DNA from: Tubulanus polymorphus
Taxonomy: Eukaryota; Animalia; Nemertea
NCBI RefSeq assembly: GCF_964204645.1
Contig: NC_134025.1
Span: forward strand, 9,734,001-9,798,000
Direction of reading: 5' to 3'
DNA: 64,000 bases
Part shown: positions 1 to 15,000 of the stretch, piece after piece
Numbering within the stretch: the first letter of the stretch is position 1
Layout: each line of letters starts with the position of its first letter
The notes under the pieces: model-generated
Seen by the model: the letters and a program-made list of their open reading frames with translations, nothing else
Told to the model about the DNA's origin: nothing
Databases searched by the model: none
Program-made: the position numbers and the translations under genes

Positions 1-18
1 TTTATATTGTGATTGTAG

Positions 19-3000
19 CGTTTACAATTTGTGCGCGACTCGTAAAAAGGATTTGGATGAGTCGCAGAAGTTCTACCAGTTTATGCAGGACTCTGAGGAA
101 GAAGAATCTTGGGTCACAGAGAAACAGCAAATAGTTCGTTCACAGCCTACTGGAAAAGATCTGAATGCTGTGCTGAAGGCTTTGAAGAACCATGAGGTAC
201 TGTTTTTTACAGTGAAGTGGTGCTTTCTTCTTAGAAATAGTTCTTAACCTCAAAACTTCATTTAAAGGGATTAGAAGCTGAGCTCGATGCTAGGTGGCCA
301 GTATGCGAGAAAGTGTGCAACAACGGTGCCGATTTAGTGCGAAGCAAACACCCAAATAGTAAAGATATACGCAAACGCATCGAAGATTTACAGGAGAAAT
401 GGGATACATTGCGAGAAATGTGTGACAGCCGACGAACAAGATTGAATGATGCGGTCGAAGCCCATCAGGTAAGCTTCACTCTGTCATTCAGTGTTGTCTT
501 CACAAGTTACTAAATCCTGGGCTATTCCAGACTTAAGTTCTGACTAGCTGACATTCAGTTTCCTTCAGTTTCGCAATTAGTCGATGAACTCCGATAACTG
601 AAGTTTGCCTTTGTAAACAGTAAAGTTTTAAGATTATTTTACACAGCAATAGCTGATAACAGAAAAGAACTTGATGTTTTCACTTACTGGTTATTCATAA
701 TGTAGGATTCTTATAATTTAGACTATTACACCTTTGTTTCTGAATCGAAGATATGTTTAGTGGATATCGTGGTGAATTTTTGCATTATGTCTCACACTTT
801 GTTTTTCAGTATTATGTTGATGCTGATGAGGCGGAGGCGTGGATGAGGGAAAAGATGCCGCTTGTTAGTTCTCCCGACTTGGGACGGGATGAATCCTCTG
901 CTGAGGTAGGTCTCATGATATTAGGGAAGACTGTTTGAATCTTTTAAATGGTGGTGAAGTTGACATTCATTTCAAATACTTTCAGGCGCTTTTAAGAAGG
1001 CAAAATCGACTTGGTGAAGAGATCAATGCTTATGAGGATGATATCAAAAGATTAGAAGAACTAGCTAGAATAATGACAAAAGCAAACCACAAGGTATTGA
1101 TGCCTACTGGATGCTCAATCTGCTTTTCACGTTTTTGATTTTTCGAAATTCAGATACCTACTATCTGGAGAGAGAAGAATATGATTTTAATTGATATGAC
1201 ATATTGAACCGTACTTCTGAGACAAAATATATAGAGATATGCATACTGAGTTAGATGTACTATTTTTCTACAACATTTATTGTTACAGATTAGTCCAGAA
1301 ATATTGAAAAAAGGAGGTGATGATGATGAAGAACTGATCGATGTTCCTTATCAAGTGGAGGAAGAACAAATTGTACATAAAGAAGTGATGAGGGATGTAA
1401 TTCTTGATGAAAAAGTACCCCAAGTTAAAGCGCTTTATCCGTACCGTGGTCAAGGCATTAAAGTGAATCAAGGAGAGGTAGGCTTTATGATATGTTATTC
1501 TTTTTGATGATGATTCTTCAGTTTATTATTAGTTCTTGAATACAAATTAGTATTCATCGTCTTTCATGGGATATAACAGGTGATGACTTTGTTGGAAAAA
1601 ACGAATAATGACTGGTGGAGTATAAAGAAAGACAACGGTCAGGAGGGATACGTGCCAGCAAAATATGTCAAGGAAATTGAGCCAAAGCTTACTCAGAGAG
1701 TTGTAAGAAAACCAGTGCTCGTTCCAGAAAAGGTTAAAGTTAAGAAGACAGTGACTAAAAAGGAAAAGGCATCACAACGGAAACTCCGCCGCACACCATC
1801 AGGTACTGCCAGAATCTGATGTCTGTCATATGTTTTTATATACAGATTATATTACAATTAATTGAATTTTATAGAAATCTGTCAGTTAAGACTGGTTTAC
1901 GGTTTGAAGATGGGAATCAAATTTCTGGCGTGAACTGTATATTTTACTTAACTCTTTATAGTTCGATCATCAAAGAATTTGCACTACGACAAGGACAACG
2001 TTGAACAAAGACAGAAAGCTATTTCTGATTCCTATGCCAAGCTATGTGATTTATCGGAAGTAAGTTTATCTTCCCTGACTCATTTAAGAATGTTTTTTCA
2101 TGATTTAAAGATAGGCATTTGCAATTTCCAACCTTTGTTTTAGGCTCGAAGAAATAACTTAGAAGATGCTGTAAAACTATTCCGTTTCTACCGGGAGTGC
2201 GATGAATTCGAATCATGGATGATTGAAAAGGTAAGTTGAAGTTCATGGACACACAGTGACTTATAATCTCTGCTTATAATCTCTGCCATAATCAGTTCCA
2301 TAGTCCAGATATGAAATTTGAATTATGAGAGATGCGCCGATATCTTAACTAAGATTCTTGACTGAGATTTATGTTCTTTCAATCATGAAATTTTTAAATG
2401 TTTTAAATCTATGAATATTTTTCTCATTAACAGGAAAAATTGCTGGAAGGCAATGAAACGCTCTCACAGAATGCAGAATTAATGAAACGTAAATATAGGG
2501 TATGTATGCGAAGATGAAATTTAATATTTCTATGTACTCAATTAAACAGTAGCCCCTGTTAAGGCATATTTGTTTACTGGTGTTACAGCAAAGTTGAGTA
2601 TTGGAAATTAAAAATTCAAACAGTTTGACACATTATCGATCCTAAAGGTCCATCTGTAGTGTTTTTGTTGCAATAAATGTGAAAATTCAATAATTGACAT
2701 ACAGCAGCTTATTGTTGTTTGAACCCACTTTTCACTTCGAACAACCTTTGATATTTTACTCTTTCAAAAATAGGTCAATTTACATACTCAGTATTAATAT
2801 ATCTGAATAATTAGTAGAGGATTTTTCAATGAAAAGAAAATATGTCGTGAAAATTCATGTTTTTATCATTTGCTCATTTATTTTGTGTAGCTGTTAATTG
2901 TCGTAAGTTGAATCCCTGCAGTGTATGTCCTAATCCCGGCTATACATCATTGTAAAGAAGAGTCCCTGCTGTATTGAAAAAATTTCTATCAATCATTAAA

Positions 3001-6000
3001 AGAATCCTAGTCAATTGACGTTTGATTTCTTTCTAAGATGAAATTCATGAATCAGTACCACATTGCTATAGAAAAATGAGGTGGTTGCCTTATCCATGCT
3101 TTATGCCTATATTTTGCACTTTGTTATGGTGGTGTATCCCTGAATGATTATATAAGGCCAGGAACTATCAACTAAGGAGAAATTTCTGCACTTCTTTTTT
3201 CAAAAATATCTAAAAAAAAACTAAAACATGATACTGAGAAAAAAGCCTGCCATAAAATAGTAACATACATGTTTATAGTAATTCTTATATGGACCAGTAT
3301 TCAATAGATTTTCATCCAAAATCTAAGAAGTGGTATGTTGTGCTGAATTTTATCTTGCATGCATTTTGTAGAATTTCCTCACTGACCTTGCTGCAAATCG
3401 TGACGAAATTGGAAAGATTAACAAGCTCGCGGATGACATAGTACAGGGCGGATCCAGTCAGTCTAAGAAAGTGGAGAAACGAAGAAAAGAAATCAATGAC
3501 AGGTAATATAGATTTCCATACTGTGATTTATTATCATTAGCTATAAGTTGAAATAAATCGTATCTTGGTGCGTAGACAAATCCTTCATTAAATTACCGGG
3601 TAAGAATTAACTTTCTTGGTATCTTGCATAAAGCAGCTTTTGCACATTATTTTGATAGATGGGACAGACTTCAGCGTAAGAAGATGGAAAGAGAGAAGAC
3701 TCTGGAAGGTGCTTCCAGGTTCGTACATAAATTCTCATCTTTTGCCAGTTAAATGACCTTTGTGTTTTTACAATACTAACTTACATTCCTTGGAACTGTT
3801 TAGTGTTGAGTTGTTTCAAAATACGTGCGACGAAGTTAAAGATTGGATCAATGAAAAAGCGAATGCATTGGATAACGATGATCTTGGCCGAGATCTCAAA
3901 GGTGTGCAAGCATTGCTACGGAAACATCAGGTGAGCGGTGTAACTCGGTACTCGGTGATCTCTCTAAAAAGATGTAATCCAAAAAATAGCGATTCATTGA
4001 AATTTTTCTTTCATTCAGAACCTCGAACGAGAGTTGGATCCACTTGAGGAAAAACTGAAACAAGTGAAATACATAGGAACTGAGTAAGTAGTCTATCGAT
4101 GTTTCTGAAAAGAAATACTTTCTGAAATGAAATACTTATTGGTTTTTAACGTGAATATCATAATTGATCTTTTCTTCGATATAATTCAGTGTTAAAGCTG
4201 GATACCCCGGAGAAGCTGACTATGTGGATAGCCGTATGAAAGAGCTTCAAGATCTGTGGAATGATCTTAAAGTTAGTATGATTAGTCAATTGTAATCAGT
4301 TTGAGTGTTGACCAATGTTTCTGATATGTACAGTAGGATTTATAGAATATATGTACGGTGAATTATGAATTTTTCTATTGATTTTAGGACAATGCTGACA
4401 AGAGAAAAAAGGCGCTTGAACAATCAGAGGAGAAACATAAGTTTGACGACGATGCGAAGGATCTGGTAAGAAATATGTCGTATCGATAGAATTATACGTG
4501 CATTAATATAGAGTTAAATTCAAATCCAATTCATGTTTCTCTATTCTATATTCGTGAAGATGTCATGGGCTGATGTTGTTAAAGACAAGCTCAAAAATAA
4601 AGAATTAGGTCGAAATGTTCCACACGCTGAAGAACTCCAAAAACAGCATGAGGAACTCAAGAATGATATCGACATTCACGAGCCAATGTAAGAATCATGT
4701 GATTTTCACTGTATTCCTCGTCTATTTCATGATTTGCTTTGCTTCCCTATTGATTTATAACTGTGTCATTTCATAGCTTTGAAGAGTTGGCGACACTGGG
4801 AGAAAAGGTGATGAAACATTCGCCTGCCAGTGCAAAAGATGTCGGAGACAAACTGAAACAGCTACAAGCGGAGAAAGATTTCATAGATTCAGCCTGGAAT
4901 GATCGCAAGGATGATCTCGATCGAAATCTCGATGCCCAGTTATTCTACAAAGAGGCAGACCAACTTGATTCAATTATTAGCAGTCAAGCCACATTCCTCG
5001 ATTTTGATGAGCTTGGTGTAGGTTTTTAGTACATTTTTGTTCGGTATTCATGATTTTGCTGACGTAAATGCCTTAACAGTAGTCAGATCAAAACTCTTAT
5101 CAATGTTTCTTTGTGATAAAAACTCCCACACTGAAATTGAATGATGAATAATTTTGTAAGTTTATTGAACTGACACCACAACATTTCACCTGCAAATTAC
5201 ACATAGCTCACGGCAGTGAATATGTTGTTTTTATCTTCATACCAACAGACATCCGTAGACAATGCCGAACGATTAATGAAACGCCATGAAGAATTCGAAA
5301 ATAAGCTGAAAGCCCAAGATAAACGTTTCGATGCGTTCAGTAAAACTGCTGACGATCTTATTAACAGGAAACACCCTGATAGTGCCAAGTAAGTTTTTAA
5401 ACCAAACACCGAAGTCTATGTTATTCCAAAAGAAGACACTACACGCCTCAAGGGTACTAAAAGCAGATTCAGGATTGTTCCTGTTTTTGCTTTTCTGAAT
5501 ATTACAACATTGTCACTTGCAAACTTTTATGACCATACCCGTGTATTATTTCTTTGTATTTGTATTTCTCAGCATCGACAAAAGACGTAAAGAAGTTCTT
5601 AAGAGGTGCAATTCTGTCAAAGCCAAAAGCGATGCCCGAATGGATCAGTTGAAAGCTGCACTTGCATTTCAACAGTTTAAAACAGACGCTGATGATGTGA
5701 GTTAGAGACTATTCATTTTACACAATCTATCTAATATAGTTTCTAGGAGGTAAAAGAACGTTTAACTGAAAATTTCAGTTGTCGCAATGGATTGATGAGA
5801 AGAAAGAGATGGCACAGGAACAGTCTTATCGCGATCTGGCTAACCTGCCAAATAAATCTCAGAAGCACGATGCTTTTATTGCTGAAATGAAAGCTAATGA
5901 GAAACGCCTACAAGAAATAAATGCTGTGAGCTATTCGTTGTCTAAAATCAAAGAAAAATTGTATGTAATTTGAAATTTTAAAGTAACTAATTTCTTTTGT

Positions 6001-9000
6001 GTGTTAGACTGGTAATGGCCTCATTGAAGAGAATCATTACAACGCAGAAGAAGTTGAAAATATTCTGGAAGATTTGAACAAACGCTGGGCAGGTTTGACA
6101 GTGGAATCAAAAGAAAAAACAGTGAAAATGGAACAAGCCATGAAACAACGCGGTCACAATAAAGGAGTCGATGCAGCGAAAGATAAACTCGATGCTATTA
6201 TGAAGCTGTTAGCTTCAGATGATGTCGGAAATGATTTGCGGGGTGTAAAAGAACTGCTGAAAAAACATGGTGTAAGTAATCAATCAAAATTCACCAGTTT
6301 GATAATCGATAGTGAATTTTTCTGTTGTCATTTCTCTTGAATCCTTATTAGATCCTAGAAGGTGATATCGAAAAAGAAGAAGCTCGCATTCGTGCTTTGT
6401 TGGCTCAGGGAGATCAGCTTGCTAAAGATGGTCATTTTGATGCGGACGGTATTCAAAAAGAAAACCAAGAACTTCTAGACATGTAAATTCTGCAGACAGT
6501 ATGACAAAAAACATGGAACCAATTCCGCAATAGTCGGTCAAACTTGATACTGGAGTTAAATCAATTAACATTGAACTTCCATAAATTTTGTCTTACCACA
6601 CTGACAACTATGGAATTCATTCTGTTTGTTTTCTGTAAATCTGTGCTTAAATTGAGGAATACCTGCACCCAAGTCAGAATCTGATAAAAGCCTACACTTA
6701 ATACATTTCCAGGTACAACAAGTTAAAACCACTTCTGGCAGAGCGAGAGAAAAAGTTACAAGATTCATGTAATTTCCAACAGTTCAAGTTTGACACCGAC
6801 GGAGAACTACAGTGGATCAAAGAACAAATACCTGCAGCATCATCAACTGACTATGGAAAAAACCTGATCGATGCCCAAAATCTCCATAAAAAACACCAAG
6901 TAAGATATTTTTCATTGGAAAAATGTTTTTCTCCGCCATTTCATTGATATCTTACTGTCAATCAAAGGTTTTAATTGGTTATTTAGAAATTTGCTCAAGT
7001 ACTTCAAGGACACAAGCCTCAAATTGACAAGGTAGTAGACTACGGCAAGAAACTGTGCAAGGAGAACCATTTCGCCAAAGATGAGATTAAAGAGAAATTA
7101 GATGAACTGGACAAAGAATGGGATAATCTACTGAAACTTTCGGCAGAGAGAGATAGAAACCTAAACACTTCGCTGAAATGTCAACAGGTAAAACTATGAT
7201 CGTAAGCTGAGTAGAATTTGTTTGAAGAGACATTATGTTTTATCGATGAAACACCTTCTGTTTTAGTATTTATCAAAAGCGAATGAGGTTGAAAACTGGA
7301 TGACTGAGAAAGAACCATTGGTGCAAGCAACTGATTATGGCAAGGATGAAGTCGCGGCCGACAATTTATTAACTAAACATAAGGCAAGTTAGCATCTGCT
7401 TTTGAATCCTCACGTGAATACCCTTGATTGATATGTGCTTGAAGTTACTTTCCACCCCTCATATCATTTTGTGCTGCAATATTTAATCTGATTGTTATAT
7501 GCGTCAATTTCAGGCATTTGAGAGTGATTTAGCCACTTATGCCGGTATTGTCGATGATTTAGGGAATCAGGCTCGTGCATTATCTACCTTACCCAATGCA
7601 GACATAACCACTATCTCAAAACGCCAGGTACATTTTAAAGTCAATTTTCGAAAAAAAAATGTAGAAGATCTATATGGATTACTTGCTGAGATGCTCAATT
7701 ATTTTTTATTTGATTGATAGAATCAACTAGAAAAGAAAATGAAAAAGCTACAAGAGGATGCGGCAGCTCGTAAACGAAATCTGAAAGAATCGAAGAATTT
7801 CCACGCGTACGTGCAAGAGAGTGATGAATGCATGGACTGGGTAAAGGAAAATATGCAAATAGCAGAATCTGAAGACTATGGACAAGATTATGAACACCTT
7901 TTGGTAAGTACATATAAATCTACGAAATGTTTTTTATGGACATATAATAAACTTTAGTTTTAATTACCGGAGGAAGGTTTTCAGAAATCTTCTCTTTTGA
8001 TATTAAAATAGGGAAATATCCCTCTTATTTATTTAATTGGTTTAATTCATTTTGATGTGATTTAAATTATGTGTCACTTTCAAACCCAACACACCTGCCA
8101 GGAATGAAACAAGGGGTTTGATTTGGAAGTGATGTACAGATATGCGGTAGTCTTTCAAATCTATGACCTTGTCTCGTAAATTGTGCTGTTCATAGGAATT
8201 ACAAAAGAAATTCGATGAATTCAAATTGAGTATCGACACTGGTTCTGAGCGAATTCAAGAATGCGATCAACTGGCTTCTAAACTGATTGCAAACAACAGT
8301 CCATATGCCGATGAAATTGAAGATCGCCAAAATGAACTAGGGTACGTAAATATCGGTGAGAAAACGTGACTATTTCTTCATGATTGTTGAGTAAGCAGAT
8401 TGGTATGATACTCTATTTCAGTATGGCATGGGATCAACTCCTCGAACAGATTGAGGCTCGGGATCAGAAATTAGAAGGTGCTGGGGATATTCATCGTTTC
8501 AACAGAGATGTTGAGGATACTTTGTCCCGAATTCAGGTAAATGAAATGAGCATAACAGAATAGTTTTTCTCCTGGACAATGAAAAGGTAGTTTTTGTTTA
8601 AAGCTTTGTTCATCATAAATTTTCTAGGAAAAATATGATGCCGTTCCTGATGACTGTGGACGTGATATTCACGGCAATGACCATCATACCAAGAAACACA
8701 AGGGATTTGAAAATGACTTGGTTGCATTAGAGGCACAGGTATTGTTGAATTTCATTTTATAGTCTGTTCATGAATTTTCTTTTAAGCCTCAGTGAATTCA
8801 ATTGTTCGCCTGTCTTGTGATTCATTAATCTATCCATCTGAAGAAAGAACCTAGTTTTCTTGGGAAGTTTTTGATATACTTTGTATGGTCTTGATATTTA
8901 TGATATCTTTGATACGTACCAGTAATTGCTGCTGTAGGTGCATGTGCAGTCAAAAAATTTTGCCTGATTGAAATCAAGATGGCAGACTCGTGGCCATTGC

Positions 9001-12000
9001 TGTTCAACAAAATCTGAACTGGTGTTCCTGGACCCCTAGTTACTTTATGTGTGTTAATCAAAGATGGGAAAAGAATTTCAGGGATTTAATTTTTCGCTTA
9101 TTGATTTCCATTTTCTTCTTAGATAAATGTGCTGCGGGACGACTCAAATAGGCTACAAGCTGCTTACCCTGGTGGCAACGCAGAACAAATACAGGAACAA
9201 GAAGGAATCGTTGTTGAAAACTGGCAGGCGCTTCAGCATCGAGCCACTCAAAGAGCTGATGAATTAAATGAAGCTGGAAACCTATTCAAATTCTTAGCGT
9301 CGGTCGGTATATTTTCACATATTTACAAGTATTAGATACTGGGTGTAAATCTTATAGTATTGTATCCCTCTTTATCTTTATGAATTGGTTGTACGGGTAG
9401 GTTCGAGATCTGATGGACTGGTCCAAAGTTGTACAGGCGGACATGGCCCGTGAAGTTGTCGTACGAGACTTGTCGTCCGTTGATCTACTGAAAAAAGAGC
9501 ATGACCAACTGCAAAAAGAGATCGATGCTAGAGATGATGACTTCACTCAACTGGTTGATATGGGAGAGACGATGATAGCTGAAGGCCACAGTGCCACAGG
9601 AGAGGTATAAAACACTTAATCTTCATATCACACGAAAGTAGGAATGGGCTTGGTCAAATTTTTTTCAATCATATGTTCTTTGTTTTCAAATCAATCTCAA
9701 AAATGAAGTTTGGCTGCAGGGAATTCATGGTGGGAAGTAATCTTGATTCTTAGAAAAGAATAATGTTGTACTTCTATGACAGGCTAGGATTACCCTCAAC
9801 AAAACTGAATCAACATGTTTAATGTATCAATGATAATAATATTTTCAACTAGGCAATTAAAGTGCTCTGCATGCGAGAGGAAACAATTAACTACCCGCAT
9901 TCTGACCCTAAGCCAGTGTGGATACATTACCGGAGGCATGCGAATTGATGTGCTGTGGGGAATTAAGTCACTAGCGGGGTTCCCGACAAGCATAATTTTC
10001 TAGAGAGAGATAAAGATACTCATTTAATTTTAAATAGCATTGTATTCAAAATCAAAATTTTATTCCATAGATCCAAGAAAAAGTTGATCAACTGAAAGAT
10101 GAACAGATTAAGATTCGTAAAGCCTGGAAGAAGAAGCATGATCAACTGATTGAAACCGAAAAGCAGCAGCAGTTTTATCGAGATGCCAATCAACTCGACA
10201 CTTTAAGCGCTTCTCAAGAAGCTCGTCTCAAAAATTCTGACTTGGGCGACACAGTCGATAAGGTGGAAAGCCAACTGAGGAAACATGAAGCTTTTGAGAA
10301 ACTTCTCACCTCTCAAGAGGAAAAGGTATGGGGAAATTGTGAAGTATCTTTCGAACATTGTCGCATTGCCATCAGTGTATAAGCTACATATCATACCTAA
10401 TATTTCAGGTTATTGCATTACAAGATTTGGCCAAAAAATTAATTGATGAGGACAACTTTGACAAAAAGAATATTGGAAAACGTTTAGAAGAGGTGATCGA
10501 CCGTCGAAAGCAAATCAAACGTCTCAGTGATGAAAGGCGCCAGAAATTATTGGATGCTTTGTTGTATACGCAATTCAATCGTGATGCTGAACAGGTATGT
10601 AATTAGAATTGCGTTGAATGTGAACTCGAATGTAATCTATGTTATCTTTATTATATATCTCTTCTAGGAGGAGAAATGGATGAAGGATAGATTAAAAATC
10701 ATCAATGCAGCGGCTGCTGATGTCGGTAGTAATATTCAAGAGAAAATGAAGAAACTGCAAAAACATCAGGCATTCGAGGCTGAATTATTAGCTAATGCTG
10801 AGCGAGTTGAACACGTTAAACAGGTCAGTCCAGCCCTCAATCTGAGGAATGCATTAAGATTAAGATTTTCATCATCCCTCATCATATCGAATACATTTAC
10901 TGCCCTTTCAGCTCGGCAAACAACTGATTTCAAAAGGTCACCCGGAATCTGCTAGTGTTAAACAACGCGTTGATGAATTGTCGCGGCTTTGGGATGAATT
11001 ATTGAAAGCATCTGAAAATAGATCGAAACTACTTGAAGAGGCCAAAGATATCTTAAAATTCAACGAGGAAGTTGAAGCCGTAGAAAGCTGGATTAGAGAA
11101 AAGGTAAATGTCAGGATACCTTGTATTGAATGTTTGCTGTGTATAAGTATGTGTTATTCTAAGGCGTTCTTTTGTCCATTTTCCAGGAAGCAATTATCCA
11201 TGCTGGTGACTGTGGCAGAGATTATGAACATTGTTTAGAGCTGCAGAAAAGATTAAACGATGTCGGAACTGTAAGTTAACTGTGAAAAACGTATATACCT
11301 AACACAAATATTGAACGTATGGTAGATTTCATTTGACAGCAATTACAAAAATTGTATTTCTTCATTTCTATGGTATTGATTTTCTTGTTTAGGGTGTTCT
11401 GGTTGATGAAGCAAGAATTGAGGCTGTCAATGATTTGGGAACTCGACTGATAAATCAAGGACGATCGGACACAAAAGACATAAAAGAGAAGAAAGATAGC
11501 ATGAACAAGAGGTAAATGACCTAGATTCTTACAAACTTCAATATTACATGAGGGTTTCAGTCAAGAAAAGCACTTAAATTCCAATGATTTTCCTTATCTC
11601 TAGATGGAAAGGATTACATGGTATGCTGGATGGCCACAAAGCTAAACTCGCCGCTGCATTGGAAATACACAAGTTCAACCGCGACGTTGATGATGTTACC
11701 GATCGTATCAATGAAAAAGCACTGCTTTTGTCATCGGAAGACGTTGGCAAAAGTTTGCCAACCGTACAGGCTTTACAGCGCAAACAGGAAGATATCGCAC
11801 GTGACATGACAGCTCTACAGAATCAGCTCGAGGTACAGATTATTAGTAAATTCTGATCTGAAACTAATCTTTGAGGCGATTTAAATGATGGGAAACTCTT
11901 AGGCAACATATAATACACTGTGTACTAATTCGGTTTGAATTTAATCTGTGTGATTGATTGAACTTTAAAGAATGAAAATAAGTATCTCTATAACAGAAAC

Positions 12001-15000
12001 TGGAATCTTTGGCTAGCAAACTTAGTAAGAAATATCCAGATATGAAAGAACAGATCATCAACAAACAACAAGAGCTCCTGGATTGCTGGGAGAACCTCGA
12101 GAATCTATGTGATTTGAGGTAATCCTTCTATATTTTTGTCTAATTCATATCTGAAGATTTTTGTTTCGATTAACAGTTTTGGTCTGTATTCTTCTTTCAT
12201 AGAAAGGCCAAACTTGATGAGTCATATCAGCTTCAAAAGTTTTTAGCAGATGCTAAGGAACTGGTAAGAAATTTTTCCTTAGATATTTTAATTGAGAAAT
12301 GTCGACGCCAAAACGGTTTATCACTTCAACCATTTCTGCGCTGTCCAATTTTGATTGACGCATTTGTAATGAGGCATATGAAAACATACGGTATCATATC
12401 TTTCATCGGATTCTTCAGATAAATTGGTCTAATGACATGATGACGAGAATGACGTCTGGTGAACTTGCGTCTGATACTCAAGAAGCTGTCAATCTTATTG
12501 AAATGCATCAAGAACGAAAGGTAAGTTAAAGAATGATCAAAATGGTCTGTGGTTGTATGTGTGCATATTGTCTTTTTAAGTAAGATCTGCTTATGTTGAT
12601 CATTTGAATAGTGAGTCTTGGAAATACTAGTATGTGATTAATTGAGCTGTTTGTGTTTTCAGGCTGAAATCGATGGTCGCCAAAAACATGTACTTGCTGT
12701 GAAAAATCATGGTATGAATCTTCTTAACATGAACCACCCGGGCAAAGACGTAATCCAAAAAACACTCTCCGAGCTGAAAGATGTGCAGAGCCGATTGGAT
12801 CGTACGTGGTATAATCGTAACATCTTACTGACCCAATGTTATGACCTGCAGAACTACAAAGAATACGCAGAGCTGTGTCATGCTTGGCTTGCGACAAAGG
12901 AAGCATTCCTTGCTAATGCAGATTTAGGAGTAAGTGAAATTTGTCAATAGATAAATTGTATTTTTGTATAGAAAGACAAGATCCAGCTAAGGCTTATGTT
13001 AGATTTTAGAATTATGCAATGATAATGCCTATTCATTCTTGTAGCACAACATCTCTAGCGTTGATAATCTTGTGAAGAACCACAGCAGTTTTGAAAAAAC
13101 GATCATTGCTCAGGAGGAGAAGATCGACAAGCTTGCAACCAATTGTAAGAAACTTGTTTCGCAAGATCATTACGCCGCTGATGAAATAAATAGCAGATGT
13201 CAGGAAGTTATTGACAGACGAAATAAACTGAGACAAGCCTGCAAGGTTCGGGCGCTGAAATTGCAAGACTCCAAGAGATTACAGATATTTTTACAGAGTA
13301 TATTCGAGGTGAATTTCATGTTTTAGATGAACTAAAATATCTGAGTCTGTGTTGCTTTGCTATGATTTGTTAAAGTGCTTCAATTCTAGGTTAATGGCTG
13401 GATTAATGATAAAATGCAAGTAGCTACTGATGAATCTTATCGTGATCCGGTGAATTTACAAGGCAAGATCCAAAAACACCAAACTTTCGAAGCTGAAATA
13501 ATGGCAAATAAAGGCATTATTGACCAGATTAATAAGGTTTGTTCCTTGACATAAATCATGATTTTATGAATATCTCCTTGTCAGTAGTCATCAATCCATG
13601 CATTGGGCATTCCCATGCAATCTTACCTGTGCACTGATTTAGGCAATGTTAATCTCATAATATGCATACTTTATAGGAAGCTGATTCGTTGATTGCTGAT
13701 AAACATTATGCGCATGAAGAAGTACTCCAGCATCAAGATGATGTTAACTTGTTGTGGAAAGGATTACTGGCAGCCTGTCACGAGAAGCGTGATAAATTGA
13801 GTGAAGCATATCAGGCGTTGTTGTTCAATCGTGTGTTGGATGATTTCGATAGTTGGATGGAGGACTGCGAGACTCATCTTACGTCAGAAGACCATGGCAA
13901 AGATCTGACAACCGTTACAAAACTGATCAAGAAACAGCAGTTACTCGAACAGGACATCAAGAATCACCAAGTGAAAGTCAATGAAATCGAGGCCACTGCT
14001 GACAAATTCGAAGATGAGAACCATTTCCAATCATTTGAAATTAGAACCAGAGTCAACGAAACAGTCGAACGATATCAGTCTCTCGGCGAGCCTTGTCAGA
14101 TCAGAAGTGATAACCTTGAAGATGCACGATTAATGTATGAATTTAATCGTGATGTTCAAGATGAAATGCTATGGATCAAGGAAAAATTGCCGTTTGCTAC
14201 GTCGAAAGATCTGGGAGATGGACTTGTCGCTGTTCAAAGTCTTATTAAGAAACACCAAGCACTACAGTCTGAAATCGCAATTCATGAACCTATAATCGCA
14301 TCTGTGTCTGCAGACGGTAGAAAGATGATTGACAGGGATCACTTCGCTTCTGATGAAATTGCTCGCCGACTGAAAAATTTGAATGGCGAATTGGAAGATC
14401 TGAAAAAGCATACCGAACAGCGTATGAATAAACTCGAAGATGCTCTGCAATCGCAGCAGTACTATGTGTATGTAGCTGAAGCTGAATCCTGGATCGATGA
14501 TAAGAAAACTTTACTCTCAAGTCGGGACTATGGCAAGGATGAAGATACAGCTAAGGCATTGTTAAAGAAATTAGACGCGCAAGATCTTGATATAGAGAAT
14601 TTCAACAACACCATCCGCGAACTGGCTGCAACGTCGAAAAAGCTGATCAATCAACAACACTTCGATTCCGAAAGAATCAATGATACTCAAATCAAGGTCG
14701 AGACCAATTATAGGAATCTACAAAAACTTGCTAAGAGCAGACGTCAGGCGCTCATTGAAAACAAGAGACTGTTTGAATTCTTCCGAGAAGCTGATGATGT
14801 TGATGACTGGATCAAGGAGAAGATGGTTACCGCTGCTTCAGATGATTACGGCATCGATTTGGATCATGTACAGGTGCACCAGCACAAGTTCGAAGATTTC
14901 CTGCGAGCCTTGTACGCTAGTGAAGACAGAGTGGCAAATATTGATCGCATGGCACAAAAACTGAGCAACGATAATCACCCTCAATCGGACGCGGTGATGA

